A DNA stretch of 47,257 nucleotides from an uncultured Bacilli bacterium (GCA_944358135.1 CALVQN010000002.1:1-47257), one strand, 5' to 3'. Positions 19,297-27,635 are shown, counted from the first letter of the stretch. Notes: a model not told the origin generated them from the sequence alone. Translations and numbers: made by a program.

Positions 19297-19325
19297 ATTT
19301 GTCAACAGGAGGGGGATTTTTATAT

Positions 19326-19871
19326 ATGAAGGAAACAGAAAAAATTTATTTGGATCAAAAAGGATACCAACAATACTTGCAAGAAATTGAAGATTTAAAA
19401 GAAAGACTAAACGAGAATAGTAGGCAAAAATCATCTGCCTACACAAATGCTGTTGGGGATGGATGGCATGATAACTTTGAATTCGAAGAAGCAAAAAGAG
19501 AAGAATTTAAAATTATGGGATTACTTCGAGACAAAGTTGAAGGATTAAGTAGGATTGTGATTATAGATAAAAATGAAAAATCACAAAATGAAAACGATCT
19601 TGTGGATATTGACGATTATGTAAGTGTTTTATTATTAATGCCAGATGATGAAACAGAACATATGGTCTTTAGATTGGTTGCTTCGTTAAGTACCAATAGA
19701 GGCATAAAAGAAGTTTCTCTGAATAGTCCAATGGGAAAAGCAGTATATGGTAAAAAAGTAGGAGAAACTGGAAAATATCAAGTAAATGGAAATGCTTTTT
19801 TAGTTCAAATACTGGCTAAATCAAAAGATTTAACTGAAGATTTGGAAAATAATAATTCATTAAAAAGGTAA
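19326..19871 (+). CDS. GreA/GreB-family transcript cleavage factor paralog
   Basis: ATG at 19326 after GGAGGGGG. N-terminal coiled coil with tip GDGWHDNFEFEEAK (compare GreA GDLxENAEYxAAK). C-terminal SPMGKAVYGKKVGE (compare SPIARALIGKxVGD). Confidence 0.65.
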   Translation: MKETEKIYLDQKGYQQYLQEIEDLKERLNENSRQKSSAYTNAVGDGWHDNFEFEEAKREEFKIMGLLRDKVEGLSRIVIIDKNEKSQNENDLVDIDDYVSVLLLMPDDETEHMVFRLVASLSTNRGIKEVSLNSPMGKAVYGKKVGETGKYQVNGNAFLVQILAKSKDLTEDLENNNSLKR

Positions 19872-19873
19872 GT

Positions 19874-20764
19874 ATGAATTTTAATTATTTAGTAAATTTA
19901 AATTTATACAGAACATTTTACTTTGTCGCCACTTCTTCGTCTTTTAAGGAGGCATCAGTAAAATTATATATGTCTCAACCTGCAATAAGTAAGCAGATAA
20001 AAGAATTGGAAGATATTTTAGGTGTGAAACTATTTACTAGGTTTAATAAAGGAATCGAGCTAACAAAAATAGGTAGAATTCTTTTTAACCAATTAGAGAA
20101 TGCTAATTTTTATCTAAAAGAATCTATTAATCAGATAGAACAAATTAAAGACTTAAAAGCGGGAGAATTAATTATAGGATGTCCATCTCATATTACTTCG
20201 TTTTATTTATTAGATAAAATAGAAAAATTTAAAACGAATTATGGTAATGTTGAGATAAAAGTGGTCAATGGTTCTACGAGCGAAATGCTAAATGATTTAT
20301 ATCATCATAAAATAGATTTTATGATTGATTTTGATCCAATAGATAATAAATACCATGATTTTAAGATTGAAGTTCTAGATTATTATGATACAGTATTAAT
20401 TGCTAATTATAAATTTGATAAAAAAATAAAGAATTTAAATGATCTAATTGATCAGAATTTTGTTTTACCTTTGCCAAGGAGTTCTGTACGAAAGAACTTT
20501 GAAAAAATATTATTAAATAATGGCATTTCAATTAACGTAGGATTGGATTTAGATACAACTGATCTAATAATTTCGGCTGTAAAAAGAAATTTTGGTATCG
20601 GATATGTAATAAAAGAATCTGTAAAGGAAGAATTAAAGCAAAAGTCTATAAAAGAATTAAAATTAAATTATGACCTTCCAAAATTAAAATTAAATTTAGT
20701 ATATAATGAAAATTTTTTAACACCCTCAGCAAAAGTGTTTATTGATAACTATATTAGAGTTTAA
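19874..20764 (+). CDS. LysR-family transcriptional regulator
   Basis: N-terminal wHTH F..VA...SF..AS..L.MSQPAISKQIKELE..LGVKLF.R, followed by a substrate-binding domain of about 200 aa. Confidence 0.85.
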   Translation: MNFNYLVNLNLYRTFYFVATSSSFKEASVKLYMSQPAISKQIKELEDILGVKLFTRFNKGIELTKIGRILFNQLENANFYLKESINQIEQIKDLKAGELIIGCPSHITSFYLLDKIEKFKTNYGNVEIKVVNGSTSEMLNDLYHHKIDFMIDFDPIDNKYHDFKIEVLDYYDTVLIANYKFDKKIKNLNDLIDQNFVLPLPRSSVRKNFEKILLNNGISINVGLDLDTTDLIISAVKRNFGIGYVIKESVKEELKQKSIKELKLNYDLPKLKLNLVYNENFLTPSAKVFIDNYIRV

Positions 20765-20776
20765 CAATTTTTAAAA

Positions 20777-20813
20777 AAGATGTCAAACCTTAAGTGTTAG
20801 ACATCTTTTTTTT
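20777..20813 (+). terminator. Rho-independent terminator after lysR
   Basis: AAGATGTC (20777-20784) pairs with GACATCTT (20800-20807), followed by a T run. Confidence 0.6.
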
Positions 20814-20824
20814 ACTATAACCTC

Positions 20825-20860
20825 CAGTTATTTCAAATTAAAAAACAGTTATTTGAATTT
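20825..20860 (+). promoter_or_regulatory. Repeated candidate LysR-binding site upstream of the viperin operon
   Basis: CAGTTATTTCAAATT (20825-20839) and CAGTTATTTGAATTT (20846-20860) are direct repeats 21 nt apart. They also contain the inverted pair TTCAAAT/ATTTGAA. The second copy overlaps the -35. Confidence 0.35.
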
Positions 20861-20881
20861 ATATCAATATAAAGGTATAAT
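20853..20881 (+). promoter_or_regulatory. SigA-type promoter of the viperin-centred operon
   Basis: TTGAAT (20853-20858), a 17-nt spacer, then TATAAT (20876-20881), about 20 nt upstream of the HAD gene start. Confidence 0.45.
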
Positions 20882-20901
20882 GTTTCTAGTAGGTGATTGT
20901 G

Positions 20902-21765
20902 ATGTCCAAAATTAAATTGATAGCAATTGATATTGGTGGGACTTTAATTGATGATAACAATAATATTCCGCCGGAAAATATTGAAATATTAAAAAAAATG
21001 AAGAAGCAAGGCATAAAAATAGCACTAGTTACTGCAAGAATGCTATCCTCAACAAAATACATTAGTAACGTAATTGAATGTGATTATGGAGTATATGGAA
21101 ATGGAAGCAATATCATAGACTTAAACAATAACAAAGTGCTTTATTTAGAAAAGTTATCAAATAGAAATTTAGAAAGTTTGGTAAATTTTGGAAAAAAACA
21201 AAATTTATATATTCACTTAAATCAAGTTTTTCAAGAAGTATCAGATCAAAAAAAATATTTTGCTTTAAAGCATATTCTTTTAAACAAAAAATATCCTAGT
21301 AATCTTCAAAGCAATGTAGAAGTTGTTTCGAGTTTAAAAGATTACATTAATAATACCGATAATATTGTAAAATTAGTTTTTGTATCAAAGAAGAATTTAG
21401 ATGTAATAAAAGAAAAAATATCAAAAGAGTTTCCAGACATTTTCATAACTGAATATAATACGAATCTAAAAGAAACTGCAATTAATGAGATTATTAATTA
21501 CATTGAGATAGGAGCGAAAGCTACAACTAAAGCAGAAGGTGTTAAAAAATTGGCAAATATACTCAATTTAAATCAAGAGGAGATTCTAGTTATCGGAGAT
21601 GGAAACAACGATATAGAAATGTTTAAAGCATTTAAGAATTCAGGTTGTTTAAAAAATGGAACATCAGAAGCTAAAGTTAATGCTAATTATGTTTCAGAAA
21701 AAAACAATAATGAAGGCGGATTAAGTGAAATAATAGAATATTATATTAATAAAGAGGAGGAGTAA
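20902..21765 (+). CDS. HAD-IIB (Cof-type) phosphatase-like protein with an atypical motif I (DIGGT)
   Basis: KLIAIDIGGTLID (motif I), VTAR (motif II region) and GDGNNDIEMF (motif IV). Cap-domain size is typical of Cof. ATG at 20902 after AGGTGA. Confidence 0.75.
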   Translation: MSKIKLIAIDIGGTLIDDNNNIPPENIEILKKMKKQGIKIALVTARMLSSTKYISNVIECDYGVYGNGSNIIDLNNNKVLYLEKLSNRNLESLVNFGKKQNLYIHLNQVFQEVSDQKKYFALKHILLNKKYPSNLQSNVEVVSSLKDYINNTDNIVKLVFVSKKNLDVIKEKISKEFPDIFITEYNTNLKETAINEIINYIEIGAKATTKAEGVKKLANILNLNQEEILVIGDGNNDIEMFKAFKNSGCLKNGTSEAKVNANYVSEKNNNEGGLSEIIEYYINKEEE

Positions 21766-21771
21766 TGAATA

Positions 21772-22380
21772 ATGAAAATAGCGATTGAGGGTATGGATGG
21801 AGTTGGAAAAACCACTTTAGCAAAAAAATTGGCTCAAGAATATAATTTTAAATATATTGAAAAGCCACTAATGGACTTTTTTGAAATTGATAATTTAGAT
21901 ACTAAAGCAATTTATGGCCAAATTTGTGATAAATTATATCAATTTAATAGCGAAATTCCTAAAGCTTGGTTTTTCGGACTAGGTAATGTCTATACATTTT
22001 TAAAATATAAGGATGAAAATATAATTATTGACAGGCATTTTGCCTCAAATTATTTTTGGAATGGAACAGAAGAAACAAATTGCATTTTTAAAACTATGAT
22101 TGATCTTGTAGGTGTGCCGGATCTTACTATTGTACTGTATGCTTCCATTGAAACTAGAAATAATAGATTAAAAAGAAGGGATGCTTTAGATAGAGATATA
22201 TACGATCCTGAAAAACAAGTATTGGGAAGTGATAAAATGATAAATTTTTTAGAGAATTTTCACATCCCTTATGTTCTCATTAATACTGAAGGAAAAACAA
22301 AAGAAGAGGTTTTTAATGAATCCAAATTAATTATAGATGGATTACAATTAGATAGTTTTTCAAGAAAACGTAGGAGGTAA
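21772..22380 (+). CDS. Thymidylate-kinase-fold nucleoside/nucleotide monophosphate kinase
   Basis: P-loop IEGMDGVGKTT, DRHFASNY (compare TMPK DRY..S) and lid-like RLKRRD. The RBS is embedded in the end of the HAD gene. Confidence 0.65.
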   Translation: MKIAIEGMDGVGKTTLAKKLAQEYNFKYIEKPLMDFFEIDNLDTKAIYGQICDKLYQFNSEIPKAWFFGLGNVYTFLKYKDENIIIDRHFASNYFWNGTEETNCIFKTMIDLVGVPDLTIVLYASIETRNNRLKRRDALDRDIYDPEKQVLGSDKMINFLENFHIPYVLINTEGKTKEEVFNESKLIIDGLQLDSFSRKRRR

Positions 22381-22381
22381 A

Positions 22382-23095
22382 ATGTTACAGTTTTTGGGAA
22401 TAGGTGGTGCTTTTTCAGTTGATCTAGGAAATACATCCGCATTTTATAAAAAAGAGAATGAATTATTTTTATTGGATTGTGGTGAAGATGTCTTTGGCAA
22501 TATATTGAAAAACCATTTATTAGAAGGAGTCACTAAAATTAATATTCTTATTACTCATTTTCATAGTGATCATGTTGGTAGTTTAGGTACTTTGGTATTT
22601 TACTGTGATGCAAGCAATTTAGAGGAAATTAATATTGTTTTTCCAAATAGAGAAAAATTGGTTGAATTAATTAGGCAGTTTGGTATACAAAATTGTAATA
22701 TTAATATCTATACACCGAAAGAGTTCGCTAGATTAAAAATTAAAGAATATCGTCAAGAACATGATGTGATTGAGGCTTATGGGTATATAATAAAATTGGA
22801 TGGAAAAACAATTTATTATTCTGGAGATACTAAATCTCTTCCTGATGAAGTTTTCGCTCTTTTGATTAAAGGAAAAATAGATTATTTTTTTCAAGATGTT
22901 AGATTAAAACAAAACCCATATCATTTATCATTAGAAGAATTAGAAAGTAAAATACCATTTAATTTAAGAAAACAAATTAATTGTATGCACTTTGTATCAG
23001 AAGCAGAAATCAACGAAGTTACAGAACATGGTTTTTCGAGAGTTAGAAGGTTTGAAAGCGAGGAAAAAAATGGAAATATTAAGTCCAGCAAGTAA
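22382..23095 (+). CDS. MBL-fold metallo-hydrolase (RNase Z / PhnP-like phosphodiesterase subgroup)
   Basis: LGIGGAF...LLDCGE...ILITHFHSDHVGSLG (HxHxDH), with later YSGDT and MHF motifs. Its start lies 1 nt after the kinase stop. Confidence 0.7.
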   Translation: MLQFLGIGGAFSVDLGNTSAFYKKENELFLLDCGEDVFGNILKNHLLEGVTKINILITHFHSDHVGSLGTLVFYCDASNLEEINIVFPNREKLVELIRQFGIQNCNINIYTPKEFARLKIKEYRQEHDVIEAYGYIIKLDGKTIYYSGDTKSLPDEVFALLIKGKIDYFFQDVRLKQNPYHLSLEELESKIPFNLRKQINCMHFVSEAEINEVTEHGFSRVRRFESEEKNGNIKSSK

Positions 23096-25151
23096 TATGA
23101 GACATATACAGGTTGCAATTGATAATAAGGCAAATGCTGTATATGGAGGTTTGAAAAATTGGAATGCTAGAAATAAGGCAATTAATTTTACAGAAGCCGA
23201 ATATAATCAATTAATAACAATGTTACATCAAAATAATATAAAATTCTTTTTGACTTTAAATATTCTAATGCTTGATAATGAAATTGAAGAAGTAATAACA
23301 TTTTTGAAGAAAAATTCTTTGCCCGATGCTTTCATAGTCACAGATATTGGATTAATACAGGTATTAAAGCAAGAATTTCCTAATGTTCCATTACATTTTT
23401 CAACACAATTTGGTTGTCATTGTATTGACGATGTTAATTTTGTAAAGGCTATTGGCGGAACAAGGGCTATTTTATCTAGGGAACTTACATTAAAAGAAGT
23501 GGAAAAAATCAGAAATAATACAGATATTGAGTTAGAGTGCTTTATTTGGGGATCTCAATGTCTAAGTTTTTCTGGGTTATGTTTTTTTGGCAGTTTGATC
23601 AATGGCGGAAGTGGTAATAGGGGGAAATGTATCACTTTATGCAGAGATGTTTACTCGGTTAATGAAAATGGTCATTTGTTATATGTTCCAGATATGGATT
23701 GTATAAATTTAATAAGTAAATTAGATAAAATAGATTGCCTAAAATTGGAGGGACGTCGTAGAGATCCTAAAGAAATTGAAAAAATTTTACAACAAATTTC
23801 TAATAAAGAAACATCGGACCAAAATGTAGGATATTTATATGGAACAAATAGTAAGGATAATAATCAATATGAACTAATTAATTCTAGAATTAAGCCAGTA
23901 TTTCAAGCAAATGAACTAAAGAATCGAGACGACTATGATGTGTTTATAGAATACCAAAATGGTAAGCCAATTAGATTTTCGAATAATTATAATAATCCAA
24001 ATGTATTTTATGTATACTCAGAAATTAAAAGGAAATATAGCTTGACTAAAAAGAATATTAGTATCGATTTAACTTTTGATGAGAATGTTGTATCTGAAGT
24101 ATTATATGTCAATTATAAAGGGGATGGACATACATTTTTTAGAGATAATAATAGTAATGATGATCAAATTGTGTTAGATTTTGATGAATTGATTCGGCGA
24201 TTATCTTTAAATGATAAAATAAATATTTATAAAATAAAATTCAAAAAGGGGCAATATGATAAATATCTAGTCAGTAAATCTATGTATGATAAAATGATAA
24301 ATTATATTCTAGATGATTGTAAAAATACACGTGAAACTTATCCAACAATTCCTTTAAAACTTAATAAAATATTATTAGAAACTCAACAGGAAGAGATTTT
24401 AACCGAATTTGTTAAAGATAAATTCGTAAAAGTGATATATGATATAAGTACAATAGATAAACTAAAAAATATTCAAAATATTATAGATCAATATGGTGAT
24501 AAGATAATTTATAAATTACCTTTATTCAATTGGGATAGTGAAGATGTTATACCTTATATTTCTAAGCTTGAAAACAAAGAAATTATGTTTACTAGAATGT
24601 CCCAAATATATCTATCAAAAAATATTCATTTTAAAAAGAAATATGCGGATTATACAATATACGTTTGGAATAAAGAAAGTTTAAATTTTTTAAAAAATAT
24701 GGGAATTCAAGAGTTTACTTTATCACCAGAATTAGATTATGAAACTAATATGAAAATTTATAATGCTGAAAAAGTACAAGCCCTGTTGTGTGGCAAATTT
24801 CCTCTTGTTTATACAAGAAATTGCTTTAAAGAGGTTTTTAATTGTAACAATTGTATTAGAGAACAATCATGCTTAAAAACAATAGTAAATGTAGACAAAG
24901 GAATAGATTTTGAAATATTGTGTAATACTGATTATCGTTATGTATTAAGTAAAATCCCTGTGTTAAATGATTATTCAAGATTTAAAATAGGAGAAAATGT
25001 AAACTTTAGGTATATTGCACTTGGCGATAATGCAGAAAACATTAGAAAAACATTAAATATTTTAAAAGAAGTTAATTTTTATGAAAAATTAAAAGCAAAT
25101 GATTATTGGAAAGATTCTTATGAATGTAACATTATAGAAAGTAAAAGTTAG
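23070..25151 (+). CDS. U32-family protein (RlhA/TrhP/UbiU-UbiV-type putative Fe-S hydroxylase), apparently with two U32-like modules
   Basis: The ATG at 23070 (RBS GAGGAAAAAAA) gives MEILSPASN....AI...ANAVYGG, the canonical U32 N-terminus. The Cys cluster is E.FIWGSQCLSFSGLCFFGS....GSGNRGKCITLCR. The C-terminal half repeats a similar pattern (LSPELDYE....LLCGKFPLVYTRNCF...CNNC). It overlaps the MBL gene by 26 nt. Confidence 0.75.
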   Translation: MEILSPASNMRHIQVAIDNKANAVYGGLKNWNARNKAINFTEAEYNQLITMLHQNNIKFFLTLNILMLDNEIEEVITFLKKNSLPDAFIVTDIGLIQVLKQEFPNVPLHFSTQFGCHCIDDVNFVKAIGGTRAILSRELTLKEVEKIRNNTDIELECFIWGSQCLSFSGLCFFGSLINGGSGNRGKCITLCRDVYSVNENGHLLYVPDMDCINLISKLDKIDCLKLEGRRRDPKEIEKILQQISNKETSDQNVGYLYGTNSKDNNQYELINSRIKPVFQANELKNRDDYDVFIEYQNGKPIRFSNNYNNPNVFYVYSEIKRKYSLTKKNISIDLTFDENVVSEVLYVNYKGDGHTFFRDNNSNDDQIVLDFDELIRRLSLNDKINIYKIKFKKGQYDKYLVSKSMYDKMINYILDDCKNTRETYPTIPLKLNKILLETQQEEILTEFVKDKFVKVIYDISTIDKLKNIQNIIDQYGDKIIYKLPLFNWDSEDVIPYISKLENKEIMFTRMSQIYLSKNIHFKKKYADYTIYVWNKESLNFLKNMGIQEFTLSPELDYETNMKIYNAEKVQALLCGKFPLVYTRNCFKEVFNCNNCIREQSCLKTIVNVDKGIDFEILCNTDYRYVLSKIPVLNDYSRFKIGENVNFRYIALGDNAENIRKTLNILKEVNFYEKLKANDYWKDSYECNIIESKS

Positions 25152-25160
25152 GAGGCTTCT

Positions 25161-25871
25161 ATGAAGACAAAAAGTATATGGGGAAATCCCCCAAAAAGAT
25201 TATATAAGTTAATGAAGATAGCCGAAAGGGATTTTGGCAAAAAGTATACAGCTTGTATTGTAGGTTGTTCTGATGGTAAATTTTTATTACCATTTGCTAG
25301 AAAGAAAATAAGAGTTGCCGGTTATGATATTGATGATATTGCCTTATATGGTGGTCAAAAATTATTTCCAATTGTTAATGAAAAAAATAAGTATCAATAT
25401 AATAAAAATTTTAAATCTCCAGAATATGAATTGGTTGAAAAAAGAGTATTAGGAATTACAGAAAGGTTAGAGATAGAAAATTTATCTGATTATGCTTTAA
25501 TTGAAAAAAGAGATTTTTATCGTAATGTACCCAAAAAGACTTTCGATGTAGTTTTTACTAGCTGTTCTTTACATTATACAGCTAATAAAGATTTTAGTTT
25601 GGAAGATAAAACAAAAAAATTACAAAGCATTGTTTCTGTTGGAGGATATTTATATATAGATTATATGATGGCAATAGAAGAAGGAGATTATACATTATAT
25701 CCGAAAGAAAAGTTCTATCGTAAGGGTGAAATTTTAAAATATTTTGATAATAATTGGAAAATTATTTCATGCAAAGAAAACAACCTTCCATCTTTTGAGG
25801 GAGCGCATGTTGATTGTGTTAAAGATCATTTTCATAGATTTGGATATCTATTGGCAAAGAGGATTAAATAA
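25161..25871 (+). CDS. Class I SAM-dependent methyltransferase (TehB-like)
   Basis: Motif I IVGCSDGK, acidic loop GYDID and motif IV region FDVVFTSCSLHY. RBS TTAGGAGG. Confidence 0.6.
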   Translation: MKTKSIWGNPPKRLYKLMKIAERDFGKKYTACIVGCSDGKFLLPFARKKIRVAGYDIDDIALYGGQKLFPIVNEKNKYQYNKNFKSPEYELVEKRVLGITERLEIENLSDYALIEKRDFYRNVPKKTFDVVFTSCSLHYTANKDFSLEDKTKKLQSIVSVGGYLYIDYMMAIEEGDYTLYPKEKFYRKGEILKYFDNNWKIISCKENNLPSFEGAHVDCVKDHFHRFGYLLAKRIK

Positions 25872-26641
25872 TGACGAAAGAAATTTGTTGGAATATTACC
25901 GCTTTATGTAATCAAAGTTGTAAGTACTGTCATCGATTTTTAAATCTTAAAAATTTATCTTATGAAGAAAATTTAAAAATTTTGTATAATTTAATTGATT
26001 CAGGTGTGGATCATATTACCTGGACAGGTGGTGAAGCTTTGATGTTAGATTATCTTGACGATTTATTGAAGATTTCTTATGATAAAGGAATTAAAAATAA
26101 ATTGATAACTAATGGCAGGCTTTTAACAAGAAACAGAATAGACAAAATCTATAAATACTTGGATAATATTACATTATCAATTGATTCAATAGATAATGTA
26201 ATAAACGAAGCATTAGGGCGAGGAAAGTATCATTTTAAAGAAATACAAAGCATTTTAGAATATATTACAGAAAAAAAGTATGACATAAAAATTAGTATTA
26301 ATACTGTAATATGCAAGCTTAATTTACACGATGTTTGCTCTTTATCCAATTTCTTAAATATTTATAATATTTGGAGTTGGAGAATTTTCAAATTTATGCC
26401 ATTACGAGAAAAAGCAATTACTAATAAGGAAATATTTGATATTTCAATGGATGAATTTTCTAAAATTGTCAATGAAATAAGGAAGAAAAGTTTAATTCAA
26501 AATATTGATACTAGGGTTGAAGAAGATATGGAGAAAAAATATGTTTTAATACTTGCCAATGGAGATATAGTAATTACAAATCAGGGAAAAGATGAAAAAG
26601 TTGGTAATGCTTTAATAGATCGCATGGAGAAATATATATGA
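25871..26641 (+). CDS. Viperin-like radical SAM enzyme (prokaryotic viperin candidate)
   Basis: CNQSCKYC (CxxxCxxC). It is collinear by eye with vertebrate viperin: N....CN..C.YC; ITWTGGEAL vs INFSGGEPF; LITNG.LL vs IVSNGSLI; LSIDSID..IN..LGRGK vs ISCDSFDEEVN.LIGRGQ; ISINTVI...N vs FKINSVIN..N; WRIFKFMP vs WKVFQCLL; KYVLIL vs SYLILD. TAATG overlap with the methyltransferase gene. Confidence 0.65.
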   Translation: MTKEICWNITALCNQSCKYCHRFLNLKNLSYEENLKILYNLIDSGVDHITWTGGEALMLDYLDDLLKISYDKGIKNKLITNGRLLTRNRIDKIYKYLDNITLSIDSIDNVINEALGRGKYHFKEIQSILEYITEKKYDIKISINTVICKLNLHDVCSLSNFLNIYNIWSWRIFKFMPLREKAITNKEIFDISMDEFSKIVNEIRKKSLIQNIDTRVEEDMEKKYVLILANGDIVITNQGKDEKVGNALIDRMEKYI

Positions 26642-27525
26642 TTGAATATACTGGAAAACAAGTTACAATAATGGCTTGTTCAGATTGCAATGCTAATTGT
26701 GAGCACTGTTATATATCATATACTGGAAATATGACAGGCAAATATTTATTGCAAATGTGTAGATTGTTTAAAAATAAATACAAAATAATTATAAATGGAA
26801 CAGAACCATTATTGCATGAAGATTATTTTGAAGCATTCAAATTATCTGATCAAAATCGAATTTTAACAAATGGTCTCATAATTAATAGTGATGAAACAAT
26901 ATTAGATAAAATAAAAGAAACTGGTATAAAAAATATAGCAATGTCTTATCATTTTGGAACCGAAATATCTACTGTGCCACAAGATATTGTTGAACAAGCT
27001 ATAATTAAAATAAAAAAACACAATTTAAATCCAGAATTAATGTGTACAATAACTGTAGAAAACTATGATAAATTAGATGATATATGTAAAAAGACAATTG
27101 ATTTAGAAGTTAATACGATAAGATTTTTTAATTGTATTAATACTGGAAAATGCGAATCAAATTGCTCAAATTTCTGCCTTGATGACGAACAAATTAATCA
27201 TTTTTTTGATCAATTAGTTGAGGTAAGAAAAAAATATGGCAAAGATATTTTAAAAATTAAAAGAAATGGTCTATTTGGTAAAGATAGTAATAATACTAAT
27301 TATAATTTTAAGTGTGTTGCCAGTATTGATGAAGTTGTTATCACACCAGATGGAAATGTTTATCCTTGTATATTTATGGCAAAACCGGGATTTGAAATTG
27401 GTCATTATGAGAATGGCAAAATTCTGCTTTATTATCAATTAGACAATAATGAGGATAGATGTATTGCACATGATATTTTTAATAAAAAAGAATATTCCTT
27501 TTCAAAAAAACTTGTAAAAAGGTAA
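26638..27525 (+). CDS. Second radical SAM enzyme with a Cys-rich SPASM/twitch-like C-terminal region
   Basis: CNANCEHC at residues 17-24, NGTEPLL and LTNG. C-terminal Cys clusters CINTGKCESNCSNFC and C........VITPDGNVYPC. ATGA overlap with the viperin-like gene. Confidence 0.7.
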   Translation: MIEYTGKQVTIMACSDCNANCEHCYISYTGNMTGKYLLQMCRLFKNKYKIIINGTEPLLHEDYFEAFKLSDQNRILTNGLIINSDETILDKIKETGIKNIAMSYHFGTEISTVPQDIVEQAIIKIKKHNLNPELMCTITVENYDKLDDICKKTIDLEVNTIRFFNCINTGKCESNCSNFCLDDEQINHFFDQLVEVRKKYGKDILKIKRNGLFGKDSNNTNYNFKCVASIDEVVITPDGNVYPCIFMAKPGFEIGHYENGKILLYYQLDNNEDRCIAHDIFNKKEYSFSKKLVKR

Positions 27526-27626
27526 ATTTTGTTGAATAATATAAGCATATTTAATGTATGAATTAGGAGGCTTTTAATAAATTTATAAAAATAATTCTAA
27601 AATTAAATTAAAAAAAATAAAATTCG

Positions 27627-27635
27627 TGATATAAT
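27627..27635 (+). promoter_or_regulatory. Possible internal extended -10 promoter for the CYTH gene pair
   Basis: TGATATAAT in the 135-bp gap after the second rSAM gene. There is no convincing -35. Confidence 0.3.
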
